A stretch of 59,260 nt of DNA, filler included, from Catajapyx aquilonaris (taxonomy: Eukaryota): NCBI GenBank assembly GCA_000934665.2. It is 3 parts of 3 records of this genome, joined end to end, with 100 filler letters (N's around TTAATTAATTAA, not from the genome) between each part and the next. Parts side by side here need not be neighbours in the genome. Positions count along the whole stretch, not along the records: positions 1 to 19,696 come from JYFJ02006408.1; 2 more parts are not named here. One strand, given 5' to 3'. The first letter of the stretch is position 1, and the number at the start of each line of letters is the position of its first letter. Under the pieces are notes generated by a model, which was not told the DNA's origin, made no database searches, and saw only the letters and a program-made list of their open reading frames with translations. The translations under genes and the position numbers were made by a program. Positions 1-14,533 of the stretch are shown here, piece after piece.

Positions 1-666
1 AAAGCTGAAGATTGAGGAAGAAATTATTTTCTACTTTTTAGTGCACTTGGATATATAAAGCGTGTTCTTAAAAAGGTTTTTTATATATTTTTATTTTTTA
101 AATTGGACCCTGTGTTTGACCACAAATATCTCACGAATGAAAAATCCAAAATATTCATGCAAAGTACGTCGAATCATTGAGACCTTGTTTAAATATGTGT
201 AACATATCTAAGAATGGCCACATTCACTATAATTCTATACTTTTTATCGTAGAGCAAACATATAAAAATGTCAATTTTTGATGGCCCTGTGAGTTGAAGC
301 CTACAGTAGCTGAGCATTTTTGGTGATGTAAGTGTTCAATCAAAAAATTGCATTATTTGCATTGTATTTGCAAAAAAATGCATTATTTGTCTGCATGGGC
401 CACATTGATACTGGGTGGAAATTTGTACGTGCAGTTAATGCCAGGTTAATGCCCTAGTACCAAAGCCATTCGTATCAAATGAAAGGGAGAAATATGGATA
501 TTAATGGTGGTAACATAGGTAACCTATTGTACATCGGCGAGTAATTCTCTGACAACTCAAGGTGAACCACTCTGGCGTCGCGTTAAACCTGCTTACTGAT
601 CTCAGAAAAGCACGTGTTCGCCCAAGCATTCATATTTTTTCATGGCCCAGAAATGAAATTCCTGTA

Positions 667-874
667 CAGGGTGTATCAACTTTTTTGTCCGAACAGTTAT
701 CGGAAATATTGCTAAGCTGATGCTTTGTAAGCAGTGTATGCCACTTCAGCCTAAGATTCGCAGGGAATATTCCCCATTCTTCCGACAAACCGGTTGCGAG
801 TCACTGCTTACAAAGTAGCAGCTTATAGTGCAATATTTCCGATAACTGTTCGGACAAAAAGTTGAAACACCCTG
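667..874. mobile_element. TA-flanked CAGGGTG-terminal MITE (Tc1/mariner-type)
   Basis: About 45-bp TIRs, cagggtgtatcaactttt...aaaagttgaaacaccctg, with TA on both sides. Confidence 0.85.
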
Positions 875-1088
875 TACAAAAATATCAACAAGAAATTGGA
901 CGAAGAAGACGATATAGGTTATACTACTATCATAGAAAAACCCATATAAAAATCATAGTAGAAGTATACAGTAAAACCTCGGTATAACTCTCTTCAAGGG
1001 ACCGCCCAAAAGTAGCGTTATTAGCGGGAATTAATTGTATGCGGGAAATGATAATTAATTCACCCTTCATTCAGGAAATAAATGTCTA

Positions 1089-1518
1089 CCCAACCAACAC
1101 ACGTGACGATAGGATACCGATTTTGGCGACTAATCATGCCGAAATGGCGACTACAATGAGATAACTAGGTGTCAACGCCGTTTTGGTGTCATTTGTGTAA
1201 CCTATTTACGTATACCAAATTTTCCAGCACCAGTGAGATGCCATAATAGTAACGAAAACTCGGCACCAATATAGGTGACAAAGTACAGGCACCGGTTAGG
1301 TACCGATTACCAACCAAAATCATCAGTATGTTATCCCATGAACATGTCGGTATTATTTCGGCTCCAGTTAGACACCGTGCCGACGAAATTCTGGCGTGTC
1401 ATTGGCACCAGAAATTGGTATCCTATCGGCACTGTTAAACGTGGCAAATCCATTTTTGGTACCGTACCGAATATTAAAATAATTTGGCACCATTTCGCCA
1501 CCAAGTTTATTTGTTGGG
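1089..1518. mobile_element. TA-flanked CCCAAC-terminal MITE rich in GGCACC/GGTACC subrepeats
   Basis: ta|cccaac...gttggg|ta ends; many ggcacc/ggtacc/ggcgac motifs inside. Confidence 0.6.
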
Positions 1519-1713
1519 TAGGCCTATACTCTTGCTCTGTATATGGATGCATATAAACCACATTTACCTGACTTGACCTAATCTAACCTGCCCACGCACC
1601 ACGTACTGTACATCCCAAAAAATTATATCCCCTGAAGAATCCAAAACAATAGTGACTAACCATGACGGTCATAGTTCGCATAAGTTCGCAACGTTCACAT
1701 ATGCAACACTTGG

Positions 1714-2154
1714 ACCGAAGCAGTGGTAGCGGAGGGGATTTGGTATCCGACTGCTAATCGGGAGGTCCTGGGTTCGAACCCCGGAGGCCGGCGATCCTGA
1801 CCTTGGTTTTCTGTGGTTTTCCAAGGTCGCTCCAGGAATAATTTCCGGGATCGTACAGTAATATAGGCCACAGCCGCTTCCCTCCTTTCCCTGTCCTGGA
1901 GGAGATGCGGGTCAGTCGGGGGTTTCTGACCCGCATCTAGGGGGCCATCTATGGCGAACGGACCCCCTGAGGGACTGCACACGACCCCCAACTTGAGACA
2001 TTGCACATGCACCAGTGTCCCTCCCTCCTATCCCTACCCTGTCCCTGCACCAGCTATACTGTACAATAATAATAACAAAAATAAAGGAACGTGTGATATA
2101 CCCCCAGTTGGGGGTGAAAGCACTACCCCAGTTATTATTATTATTATTATTATT
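1714..2154 (+). mobile_element. tRNA-derived SINE, family A
   Basis: Head with gactGCTaat loop and B box gggttcgaacc; body ggttttctgtggttttcc...ggccacagccgcttcc; (TTA)n tail; 15-bp TSD atatgcaacacttgg (1699-1713 and 2155-2169). Confidence 0.9.
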
Positions 2155-3583
2155 ATATGCAACACTTGGTCCACCTCCTTACACCAACCTATACAATGGC
2201 CTTCATCACTCCAAAGTGCATAGAAAAAATGCTCCGTTATTCATCTCTTGTCGTCAATTGTGACGTTATTATGCGGGATATGTTTTATGGGGAGCAGGGA
2301 AACCGAGCGGTATATGCAGGAAAGCGTTACAAGCGTTATATCGAGGTTTTGCTGTATAAGGGAAAATTAATTTCTATTATCACATTTTTCAAATAAACAT
2401 TTTCCTCCGTTTAGCTCTCTTCCTTGCACTCTAATTAGTTATTTAAGCTCTCTACGGAGACCGCTACGGTCGATAGTAAGGGAGAGATCGTTACTTTTAG
2501 GATACCGTACAATGTCTTATTGCAAAATCCACCCTTCTTTCTAACCCCGTTAATTTTTTTCAGATTAAATGGCCATAGGCGTGACGTGATGAAAATGACA
2601 CAAGTCCCAGAATTACCAAAAATATGCAGAATAAAGACAGATTTTGGAGCCCATAAAATGATTGTTCTCCAAAATTTTACTCAGTAAATTAGTGCATTAC
2701 GCTACTTTCACTCGACAGAGGTACTCTAATTGAAAGACCAAAATACAAATAACACACTGAAATCAAGTGAACGGTAAAAAAGCTGAGATTAGTAGGCCTA
2801 CGACCCGTAAGGACGTGGTAAGGACTTAGCCCTGAACACATTCATTACTTTTCAAACTCCCAAGCAAGTGCTTCCATTCTAAAACAAATCAAAAGGGGGT
2901 CGCTCCTAAGAAGCGAAAGTCGGGCAACTGAGTGTAAGCACATCAGCAATCTGATTGCAAAATAAATAAAATAAACTTATCCAAACTGCAGTCCACCGTG
3001 AGCAAGGATATGCGCATTAAACTCACCAAACACGAAGGTTACTAAAAGGGCGAACACACTTCAGGTTCACACACTCCCACGCACACGCATTTCACCAAGC
3101 ATAACATAGTGACTGCAAAAAACACTCGGAAAAGGAGAAAATCTTCCCAACATGAGGGGTAGCCGAATCGTAGGACCACGCGTAGGACACACAGAGGTGG
3201 ACTCTGCTGAAGGCAGAGCGAGAGAAGCCCAAGATAACAAAGTCGAAAGGGACAATCATATCAAATGCAGAACATGAGACCAGAGAGCAAGTTCATAAGC
3301 ACGTGACAATACCGAGATAACCAGGGCTAAACTCGGTATGACCTGAAGTGGAATCACCCTATTGCAGGTAAAACAGCCTTTAAAAAGTCACCTATAAACT
3401 TTGAATTTTTGCGGAATTTGGTCACTCTTTACTTCCATTTACACAGTAAAGAACTGGACCGATATTAGTGATACATATCCAGATGGAAGCAAAATTATTA
3501 CTGCACAGCCTTTGCATCCTCAGACTATTGGCGAATCCCTGACATGTGTGGTGGATAAGGCTCTTCCATTCCAATTATTTCTA

Positions 3584-3927
3584 CAGGGTGTTCATGAAAA
3601 ACACCGACAAACTGATACCAGTGGCCAATGGTAACGTGAGGGTCATTTTATGTGGAGGAGTCATTATGTCTACACCGCCTCATTACTGACAATGAGATGA
3701 TTGACCCACCTGCTCTTTAGCGATTTAGCTTAAGCCTAATCGCTCCTTCTGACTGGGGGAGGTTCGATGGGTGGCCTAACTTCCAGGATGTTTTATACCA
3801 CCTGCTTGAAGGCAATTTTCGCGGTAATGAGGCGGCCCAGGCATAATCACTCATCTACATAATGTGATCGTCTGGTCCCTAGGTCGGGGGTGGTATAGGT
3901 TTGTCGGTGTTTTTCATGAACACCCTG
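3584..3927. mobile_element. TA-flanked CAGGGTG-terminal MITE
   Basis: TIRs cagggtgttcatgaaaaacaccgacaaac. The internal arms ccgcctcattac/gtaatgaggcgg are shared with 51491-51918. Confidence 0.85.
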
Positions 3928-5244
3928 TATATTTCATTCCCCTAATGAGAAGAATTATTAGCAGGCGGCACAAGATGCAGGACAATAACTGGTCAGTTGG
4001 TTGAAGGTAAGTCACACGCATTTGGTGCCAATAATGTGACTACACAGAAATTATAAGAGTAATTTATTATCATAAAAATATTGCAATAAATTTCAGTTTT
4101 ACAAAGTCTGAATAAATTCACTTTCTGAATGTGAGTAAGTCTTATCAGCTTTGAAAATTTTCAAAAACCGACTAGCCTATATGATTTCAGAGCCGTACCC
4201 TTTGTGCGTCGGATTTTTTCTTTAACAAATAGAAATTTTTGCTTTAGAATGAATAGTATTGTTCTTCCAAATGTGCATTTATTTTGAAATAAAATTACAC
4301 ATGATACAAAAAAACATAAATAATAATTAGCTATGTATTCTGGGCTTCTGAATTAGAAACGTTGGTATGGAGGCTGCTACACTGCTGTGACTGCTAAATA
4401 ATGCCAATATATGAGTATATTATCAGTCTTTCTCGGAGAAATAGTTGGCCGGTGTTTTTGGTCGCGAATTTTGTGTGATGGTCGCCAGAGTGCCGAGGGG
4501 CCAGAGTTGAGAGCGAGGGGAGGAGGTTCAGCCCAAACCAAAACTAGACAAAGACCTCCTCCCTCCCTCTCTCCCAAAGCATGCGCCAAAATTCATATTT
4601 TCATTGCTAATTTTCTAAATTTCCCCTGGGAAGGGCCTTATTATGTCACAGAATAGATAGATGAAAAGTCAAAAATTGGCAGGTAACCCGCCCCCGTTCC
4701 ACTTTACAAATTCTGGCTACGCCAACGCCTGTGTGTCAGTCTTTTTTTGAGACCGCCTTAGCATGCAAGCCGACCACCCCAAAATCCACTTGACCCATGT
4801 ATTCCTCCTGCAGAAAGTACAGACTGATGTAAACGTGTGACAGGCTGAATGTAAGTCATGGTTATTCACCAAATCTAGAAAGAGAGCAGATGTTTAGAAG
4901 TGTAGGTCTCATTTCTCATCTGTCATGCTCCGCCAACTACTCGTACTTGTCAGGCCCAAAGTCTACTTGGCGTCACCCACGAGAGGTATTGATTGTGTTA
5001 CCTTTTGCGTTCATCCGAGTGCACCGTGATTGCGGAGGAGACAAGCAGTCCTACTCACCTGACACATCAATTTCGCTTGACTGCTGAGAGTAATAACATG
5101 CCAACTATATTGTATCCACCCCGGGCATTGATTTGGAACAGAGAGCAGAGCAGGAGGGGAGGTTCAAAAAGGGCGTGACCGAGAATCTACTGTGTTCCAT
5201 GTAACACATCATTCTTGACGTGTTCATTAATCATACCATAGGCC

Positions 5245-5320
<76 letters not shown>
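5245..5320. repeat. (AAT)n microsatellite
   Basis: Direct reading. Confidence 0.95.
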
Positions 5321-5321
<1 letters not shown>

Positions 5322-8300
5322 GCCAGAATAAAAATCCTTGAATTTGGTATTATCGAGAATGTTCATAATCGGATATTTTTCCTGATGGCCAATCCACTCG
5401 GAAATACGGGGCCAGTAAAACATCCAGATGTGGCGAGGTTATCAGAAGAAAATCTCTCTTTATATCTGGATATGTGAGGACTTCGGGACATTAGCATTTA
5501 GGCGAGATGTCATTCGAGATTTGACAAACATTGACAAGATTTTATGCCAAGTATTTCGTAATTTAAGGAAATTTGCATTCATACAATCGGCCCTAAACCG
5601 TCTGCATGCAGACTACGATTCAATGCTCCCAGAACTCACCAGGACGACTATTCCATGTTTTTATCTTGGTTTTAGGAACACGTATTTTGCTAGTAAACCG
5701 TGACACGACATGTGACTCGCAGCACTCAATGTCAGTGCAGCCCTTCTCGTTGGACCACCTACACTCTACATGGCAAGCTGCAACTGTCAAATAAAAAAAA
5801 ACAGCAGAGAATCTAATCATCTGTGGGCATTTGATCTTGTCTGACCATTTATCTTTCGGCTATAGTTCAGGCCTTATTATTAGCAGGTAAATGAGATGGT
5901 GCCCACGTACAGCGTGTGGTGTAAATATTGAGCAAGCAGCCTGCCTCTTGTGTCCTTAGGGCAGGCACGGAGCTGCCACTGGAGGCAGCCAAGGTGCTCT
6001 TCAGCACCATTCAAGTCCTTGAGTATGAGGGTTCGGGGGCCGTGACTCACGAGATATCTGGATATGATGACAGGGACTGATTAAGTACTCGCCGCCGAAT
6101 TGTCTTGTCATCAGCTTCATTATGGGCTTTGTTTGAGCTTTTATTAATACAGATGCTGTGGCATCCTACCCTACACGACATTCTGTCTTACCTCAGGAGT
6201 GAGCGTAGGGTTTTCTCAATCACAATAACGGATATCAAGATGCTGACTATTGTAATAATGCGCCATATTGTCTCGAATGTTACCCTTGCAGAAAGTAAGG
6301 AGTGCCTCGAGTCGAAATATTTGACTCATTGCTACGGACGAATATGCGCGTCAAGGTCATGTAACTTTCAAACGAATCGAAAAAATTATCCCACAATTTT
6401 CCAATATTCTATAGACATCATATGGCGTCATATCTTGTAAAATCAAAGGTCTGGAGCCGTTGTCTTATTTCTTCTGGAAAGTTCTGAAGTTTATAATTAT
6501 TAGCAAGTTTTAATGATCAAGAGAGTGACAAAGTTGAGCACCATTACCATTTTTAATTTGCAGGCTGGAGTTAATCACTTCGTTGCTGATGAATTTTTGG
6601 AGCGAGAAGTAACGGATGAAGGAGCGAGAAACCCCACACAAAAACAAAGAGAACCCATTTTAAAGCTTTCTGAGGAAAGACATCATCCGACCTAATGTAA
6701 AGAGCAAGAATAAAATATTACCATTGTGACTCTCACGAGGACTCCCCCAATAGGCCCCAGCCACACTGAACCGACTTTTAGGATCTAAAATATTTAAAGT
6801 AGATATTTTATGAACTCGTTTTTAATGAAAGTTTCATTACAATATTATTGATTTGTTTGATTTACAAATACATACCTATAAGCCTTTCTCACGTGCATTC
6901 CCGACTTCACTCACTTTTGGTGCTTGATAAAAATGAATTTCGGCTGACATTTCTAAAGTCGTTAACCTTTCCACACATTATTTCCCGGCTTTTTGTTTAC
7001 GTCAGCCAAACTTTCCTTAAATGCATGAAATTCATTACCACAACTCCACAAATATAGTAGCAAACTTAACTTACATAATGGAGAAGCCAGCTCCGGGAAA
7101 GCATGCAGCTACATTGATTTATGATACATAGTTTAAACACCAAAGTCACTATCTCCTATGTTGTCAGGTATAACGAGTCTTCTCTTAGTTCGCATTATGC
7201 CATTCATATAGCCACATGTGCACTCCATCTACTAGCTTCAATGTTTATTGCTTGCATAGTACCTAATTGCCCCAAGGGCTCGTGAAACTCATAAATGATT
7301 AATTTTGGTATAAAACTGCTTACGCAAATTTACACAGTTGAACTTTAGAATGTAACATCCGGGATGTATCTATTGTGGTTTTATGCAGTGAGTGGAATTA
7401 ATCAAGTACAGTGCCTTCATTATTTTCATTGGCACTTGAGGCGAGTAAGGGGAGTAATTTTGAAGCGTATATAATATTATGGTGCCAGACATCCTCAGAA
7501 CGGTTCTGCTGGCACTGCTCAGACCGTGATTTACACGTTAAGGATGTCATTCAGCATTTCTTCCATCCCACTCATCTTTCCTGGCATCTTTCTGCACTTG
7601 ACCTACCACAGCAGAAGTGAATTGAATTGGGTGGTGCCAGCCCTGTTTTGCATGAACATCATCTTCCTACAGAGCAGTTTGAATGCTTTACAAGGACGGA
7701 GGTCGCTTCATCCTCGCCTTTCAAAGGAACGGCTTACATTATGTAAACACTAAGAGTGTGATAATAATCATTAAAAGTTTCTTCAGAGTTGGAACATTTC
7801 CTATTACTTCTGCTTTTTCTGCCAAAAATAAAATAATATATATTCGAGGAAGTAAAATAATTTCCATTGTCTACCGGTAGAAATATTGGCAACAGCCACA
7901 ATTTTTCAAATGCACCTAATGATTTGCAGTTGAAGATATAAAACTAAAAATTCCATTATATTGGAAATCAAGAGCGGAAAAAAACTTGTTCCAAGAAAGC
8001 GTCCGGGGAAAGAGGATGTGATATGGGATTGGAAAAGTGCACGGGAACTATGCACGTAAATAATTCCTTCAAGTTTGCCGTTACAGACGCGAAGTGCACA
8101 TAACCTCAGGGGCTCTTACAAGACGGAGGAAGGGAGGGTTGTGAGAGAGGGAGAGAGGTAGGGGGACCACCCAGCTATAATTGTCAATAAAGTAATAATC
8201 GGAGGAGTTATCATGTCGTTCATCAAAACAAGTCACCGTAGTCACCCTGAGCAGGCTCTGTAATAGTGTACAGTCATCAAACTATGCTGGAGCTGGTAGA

Positions 8301-11300
8301 AATGAGATATGGTCGAAGTAAGAAAGGCGATAATATACAATCATTCTCCGTCGAGATTTGGGTGTGTCGCGCTTGAAACCCAGCGTTGGGTCCCACATGG
8401 GAGAAATCATTTCAAGCACCACCTCCTCCCACTACCTACGAACCTACCCACCCACCCACCCACCCACCCACCCACCCAGGCGTTTATCCTTCTCTCACCC
8501 CAACAGACTGTGATGGATTGCAACAAGGAAGCAAACTGCCGCCCGCATTGGCCACCCCACCAATCATTACGCCATTTTTCCTTCTCCCCGATTTCCCGAA
8601 TGTAGGAGAGGGGCTTAAAGAGGGACCAAGTGAGGCGCGGGGCCAAGGGGAAGGAGGACGGCAAGGAAGGAAGGAAGGAAGGAAGGAAGACGGAAAGAAA
8701 GGGAAAAGCTGAAAAGATTTCCGGACCGGTGAATTCCGCCAGATCTGCCACTGGGATAACCATTATGTGCTTTTATTCTCTCCAAATGTGGTGATAGATG
8801 TAAAATGAACTCAAAAGGCAACTTCAGGAAAGTACAGTATAATTAATATGTTGTGTCAATACAAGAAGGTAATCTCCGAAACCTTTGGCGACACACATCT
8901 TTTCTTGCAAAAATTTCTGATAGTTTTAACGGGATCGACAGAAGGTAGAACGTGAATACAATGATTATGCAACATTTAAATGTCATAAAATTTAATGTAT
9001 ACAAGTACCTACAGCATTTCAAATATATTATAAAAGTGGTCGTCACAGTACACTTTATTCACAATCTCCTCCACTTTCATCCTCTACACATGACCGACAC
9101 ACCGTGTAGACTCGCCAGGAACGCACCACATAAAAATAATAGCTTCTGGACTAAAATCCAGAATGAAAAGAGACAGGGCAGTGTCAGAACATCAAGCGCC
9201 TACAATCTCTTCGTGATTGTGTTATGACGGCCCAGGAATCCTCTCCGGGAGTTATGGTATTAAAAGTTATAGAAGATATTTAAATTAGTCGGGGTTACTA
9301 ATATTACACTAATTAATGACGCTTCGACCTATTGTATAATAATTATCACACATTTATGTCCCTACGAATATCGCTATAACAATGCGTCTTTGGTAAGCTT
9401 TGTTTTCGGAGATTTTTGGAGCTCTTTTTACGCAAATATACAGTAGGCCTATTGGAAGGGAAATTAAATCCTGCTTGGGAGCATTGAATGTCCCCAACTA
9501 AAGTAGGCTATTAATCATGTTGGATGCTTTGCTAGTTGTGGGGATTTGAATGTGGGATGAATGGTTTCTTTTAACAGAAGGAGGTTCTATTTTTAAACAA
9601 GAACATTCAAGATAATTATGTGGAGTTCACGTTTATAAAGCAATATCTCCACTAAGTGCTAATAATGAATTATGGGAAGACTATATCCAAAATTTACATT
9701 CTTTAAGCACTTGTGAGCTTCTAACACTTGAACAGATCGGGCGGTTGGATCGATGACTCATTACGAATCAAAAATTCATGCCAATTCTACAGGCGATGTC
9801 GCAAAATACTATCAGCAATGATTATCACGATGATATCCTGCTCCCTAGGAAACCCCTGCCCTGTAAGACACGCGAGTTCACCTGCCAGGAGATCTCCATA
9901 CAAAGAGGCGTCGCGTCGTGTGTGTTGCTGCTTATTGTGTTCAAGGGCAGGCCAATGTTTCTGGTCGTCTACCTCGTCAACGATTGGTCCATCGACATTT
10001 CTCACATTTCTTTCTTCTATATTTTTGACGTCTTGTTTCGGGCAAACAAGTAGTCTACTCTGCCGGCCGGATAGAACACACTCTGTATACTTTATATATA
10101 ATTTCTCCTTATACCTAGCCACCACCCTCCCTTTTTGTTGTTTAGTACATTGTCGTCCAATAATACAGCGTATAATAATATATTTGTGTTAAACTATTGT
10201 TATGGTACATTCATCCAATATCACAGACTATATGCATGTGATAGGGTATCTCCATTCAAACATGAATTATTAACACCAATACTATTTCATCTAAAGGGGA
10301 TCGTTGGCAGGCAATATGATTGTATCTGCTCGCCCATCCCAGGCTACTTCTCCAATCGCCATGTGTTATAGAATAGGTGGCAAATTATGAAAACATTTAA
10401 ATTATTATTAGCCTCAGTTCTCGTTTGTGCCGGTGAACCGTGAGTGGGATGTAATTAAAATATTCAATAGGCTAACCATTAACCCGGAGGAGAAAAATCT
10501 ACAGGCATCACTCGTTTTCATTTAGAAAGAAAGTATTCCTCTCTGAGCCATTTCCTCAATTTCTACAGAAAAGTCGTTTAGATATGGCGTGGATGATTGT
10601 AAAGTGAACTTTACTTTAAAATAGTCATTGTGATCCCCTTCTTTCTTCCCCCCTTTAATGGAATCCGGAAATTTGCTGGAGTTTCTGGCTCATAATTCAC
10701 TCTAATGTGTAACGTAGGTTACCTTTGATCTCCGTAGTTTCCTTATTCTTTTCCCGTCTTTATCTTCTCTAGTGGAACGGACTTGAAATTCGGCGAGAGA
10801 AATTCGCCGATCTTCTTAGCACCATGCATCTGCTTCTGGTAACCCAAGCAGTGATCCGTCAAAATGGGGCTGCGAAAGGCTAGAGCGAATCCACGATAGA
10901 GTACCTAAAAAGAAGAAATGTGGAAGGAATACTCTCAACCCACCATTGAAATTCTTGTCATGTGCAGGCTTTGGGTTTCAGGGCACTTTATAAGCTCAAA
11001 GCTGTAATATCGCATGCAGACAAATAATATTGGGAAAGAATAACTATACATTTCGGTTTCAAAGTTGACTTGAACGTGACTGTAAACGGTAGAGGGAGTC
11101 CGCAGGAGTCGATCCTAGTGTAGCTTTGTGGAATAGGAGCTCATGGAGTCAATGTCAAGATCATAATACATTATATTATCCAGTGGAACCTTTTTCACGA
11201 GCAGAGTATTCTTCCCTGTTGGTGTTAGGTACGAAGTTACTATACACTTGTTTTGAAATCAGTATCGTAATACAGAACAGGTATTTTACAATATTTAGAT

Positions 11301-11827
11301 TTTACCTAAAAGAATTAGTTTCATGCACTACTTTAGAGAATACACATATGTTGAACTCCATAAACCATAAATAAATCACTTATTTCATATAATTATGTTG
11401 TCAGTATTAGAATTGGAAGAGATGAAGTTTTATTGGGTTTAATTTTGAATCGTATATTGTCCACCCAGCTTATAGCGCCTTTTGAACTCTGTCAAGACAT
11501 CCGGCGGTTCTCCCTCTAAGGTGCCATCATCGCCGCAATGTGATTACCTCATCGACGGCGAAATCACATGCCTCAGAAAATTGCCCTCTCCGTCCGCTGT
11601 CCTATGAATTTTGAGTGAAGCTGGTCCAGACAATCATGCTTCAGATTTCTAGCGATTGTAAAAATGACCTCAACATTATTGTGGTAATCGGCCTGAATAA
11701 AGTTTGAGACATTAAATGCCTCTTTCAGAGCTTATTCTTTCATGCTCATGTGAACATATTACAACTCAAGGTCTGCCCATAAAAGTCTCCCAAATAAATG
11801 TCCATATCATTGACATACCGGTACATA

Positions 11828-12252
11828 CAAGGTTCGGAAATTTAACTACCTTCGCTTTGGGAAAATAATGATAGAGGCGTTTTAGACGATCAGTTTAAGT
11901 ATATGCAACATGGGTCTCCGCCACATAGTTACCGAGATAATTAGCATGAAATAAAAAGGGCATTATCCCTGCGTATAGGTTTCGGATGCTGCTTACGACA
12001 TTTATATTGTTCAGGTCATTCCCTCCTACATTAAATAGGATTGTAAATTGAAATTAAATTACATGGTAACACCTTAAATTTTTAAAAAAGGTCAGATCGC
12101 ATGGAGGGTCGCATACGTGCCAGGATATTTTATACCTTGTGTTTGAAGCGCACTATGCTACGAAGACCCATGATTGCATCTACTTAGAATGATTTCCTAG
12201 AACCACTCGATCATTTCCCAAAGTGAAGGTACGTTAAATTTTCGAACCCTGG
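11828..12252. mobile_element. TA-flanked MITE with about 90-bp imperfect TIRs
   Basis: caaggttcggaaatttaactaccttcgctttgggaaa versus tttcccaaagtgaaggtacgttaaattttcgaaccctgg. Confidence 0.7.
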
Positions 12253-12610
12253 TATAGGCTACAACAGCACTACCAAAAATCGAAACAACAGAAACTGTAC
12301 TGGGCTAGCTGTGACATCCTTTTCTCGGCTGACCTTGCCCTACACTGGAACGGTGTACAGTGATGAGTATCATTTTATCAAAACTGGATGCAAAGCATGA
12401 ATGAAATAGATTGCGCTGTACAGTATGCTACATCTCTATTCCTATACCTACAGTACTCAACGCTAGCAGTAATGCGAGCATTGTGTAAATACGTATGTAT
12501 AGGTAAGTCTTTCTTACAACACAAACGGGCCTCCAAAGTAAGTAGGCTAGTGTTCTGTTCTCTGGCCCAAAAATCGATTGCAGTTATGGAAGTAACAACC
12601 ATCGCTTTAA

Positions 12611-13084
12611 CCCTTTGACAACGGAGTTTTTGAGCCATTGCCTTACCCGAGGGCCTGAGTTCTTTTTCCCAGTTTTCCGGAAATTTGATGAAGAGTGATA
12701 TTAATGAATAATAATCCGCGGACTGCCCGGATTACCCATAGTCACCTGATAAAAATGACCCTGTGACCCATTTTTGAGGGGGGCAGAGGTCAAATTCCAA
12801 CCTCACCGATTCTCTTGAAATTCGGTACATTGACATATACCCTCCTCCCATATGGGTTACAGGGTCATTTTGAGCAGGTAACTATAGGTGCGTTTTCATC
12901 CCTTGGGGTGGGCTACTAATGCACCGAATTTCAAGAACATCGATGAGGTCGGAATTTTACGAGTTGAAAAATGTCCCAAGTTGGCAGGGCAAATCTCAAG
13001 ACATCATAAATTAATGATGTCCGTAGGCCCTCAAGCAATGTAAGCTCGGACATCATAATTATGATGTCCGTAGGCGTCAAAGGG
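12611..13084. mobile_element. piggyBac-like MITE
   Basis: TTAA|CCCTTTGAC...GTCAAAGGG|TTAA. Confidence 0.8.
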
Positions 13085-14446
13085 TTAAGGGCAAATGCTG
13101 CACTGGGCTGTCTGAATGAGCAAAATCGACACTTCTCAAAATAATAGAACATTTATGACAGAAGTTGGCGTTCATGCCTCTCTTGATACAGGTCGACACA
13201 AAAAATGACTGTTCCAGGGCCAACTAATTGTGACTCGGAAAGCATAGCAGCAGCGCTTCACATGCCGGAAGGTCCAATTTGTCAATCGAGATGGAGGTCA
13301 GAGTTTGACCTACGCCTATGCGGAGCACGATCACCGGAACCAACAATATTCATGTGGCAGAAACTCCACTACAAGTAGCATACAGTACATGGCGTTGCAC
13401 AAAGAGAGAAAGGTCGTCAAACTGTGAAAGCGTTACACAGTAGGTAATGAGTCCTTCCTAGGCCTGCATAGAAGAGTTAGTGGATGAATAGAATGTGTGG
13501 TGGACTTTGAGGTTTATGCAACCTAGCGCGCGGCATTATAGATATCCAGCAGAGAAAGAATGATCGTTTGAATGGACGTCGTGCGTGAAAAGTTGTGAAT
13601 TCACTCCGGACCATTGTTCTGCAATCCTTTCAATTCAATGGCGGTATATTCGAACATGGGTTATGTTGTTTAGGATCGCATTGCATAGAGTATGAACTGG
13701 CTTCTTTTTGATTGCATTCAACTCCTTCGTGTGCAGCTGACGAGGGAAAAGGACGAGAGGGGTGGGCCAGAAAATGTGGTGACGCTAATGAAATTTTTCC
13801 TATAGTCATATCTAAAGAATAGGGCCCCCCTTTCAGGACTCGTAAAATGTGACGGGAAAAATGAGGTTCTTACTTTATTTGGCGGACGGGTGGGAAACTT
13901 CTGGATAATGATTACTTTCCGTTATTACGAAATGGAATTTGCGTAATTATTACATTAAGCGCCATTTTCATTTAAATATCGGTGGGAATGATAATACCGG
14001 TGGTCTTCATTCTACCGAGAAAACAATTTGGGGAGGGCTGAGCGGATGAAGCAGGGATGTTTGGGGCTCGGAAAATTTGTAAGGAAGTCCCAACAGAATG
14101 CGTCCTGGTGCTGAACACATTGCTTGCAGCTAAATGACTGCTACTATTTATGCACGATTTAATTGGTCTATAAAATTTTGATAACGACTGAAAGGGACGA
14201 TTTTCGGAAGCATCAATCGTTCCACGTGCCCATGAAAAGATGTTGGAATAATAACTGAAGGGTATAGGGGAAAAGGTGACATTATTCCTAATACAACCCT
14301 GTCATAATTACCGAGATTTAATTGAATTTTGCCTAATATATTAACCAACACAATAATCAATGTCTATTATTGTTCTTGACAAATTGAACTACTGAACGAC
14401 TTAAGCAATTCACCGCTCAGTGGCTCTAATATCAAGTACCTGTATT

Positions 14447-14447
14447 T

Positions 14448-14518
<71 letters not shown>

Positions 14519-14533
14519 TATTATCATTATTAT
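14447..14533. repeat. (ATC)n microsatellite
   Basis: Direct reading. Confidence 0.95.

Larger units (their letters stand above)
969..2354. mobile_element. pogo/Tigger-like non-autonomous element carrying nested insertions
   Basis: TIRs cagtaaaacctcggtataac and gttatatcgaggttttgctg, TA TSD. Confidence 0.75.

Noticed and set aside
3000..3300. Possible minus-strand non-coding first exon (donor GTGAGT near 3026)
   Set aside because: No associated coding exon in the window; a single motif is not enough.
9728..10192. Three overlapping ORFs of 91-154 aa
   Set aside because: No recognisable domain or convincing splice context.
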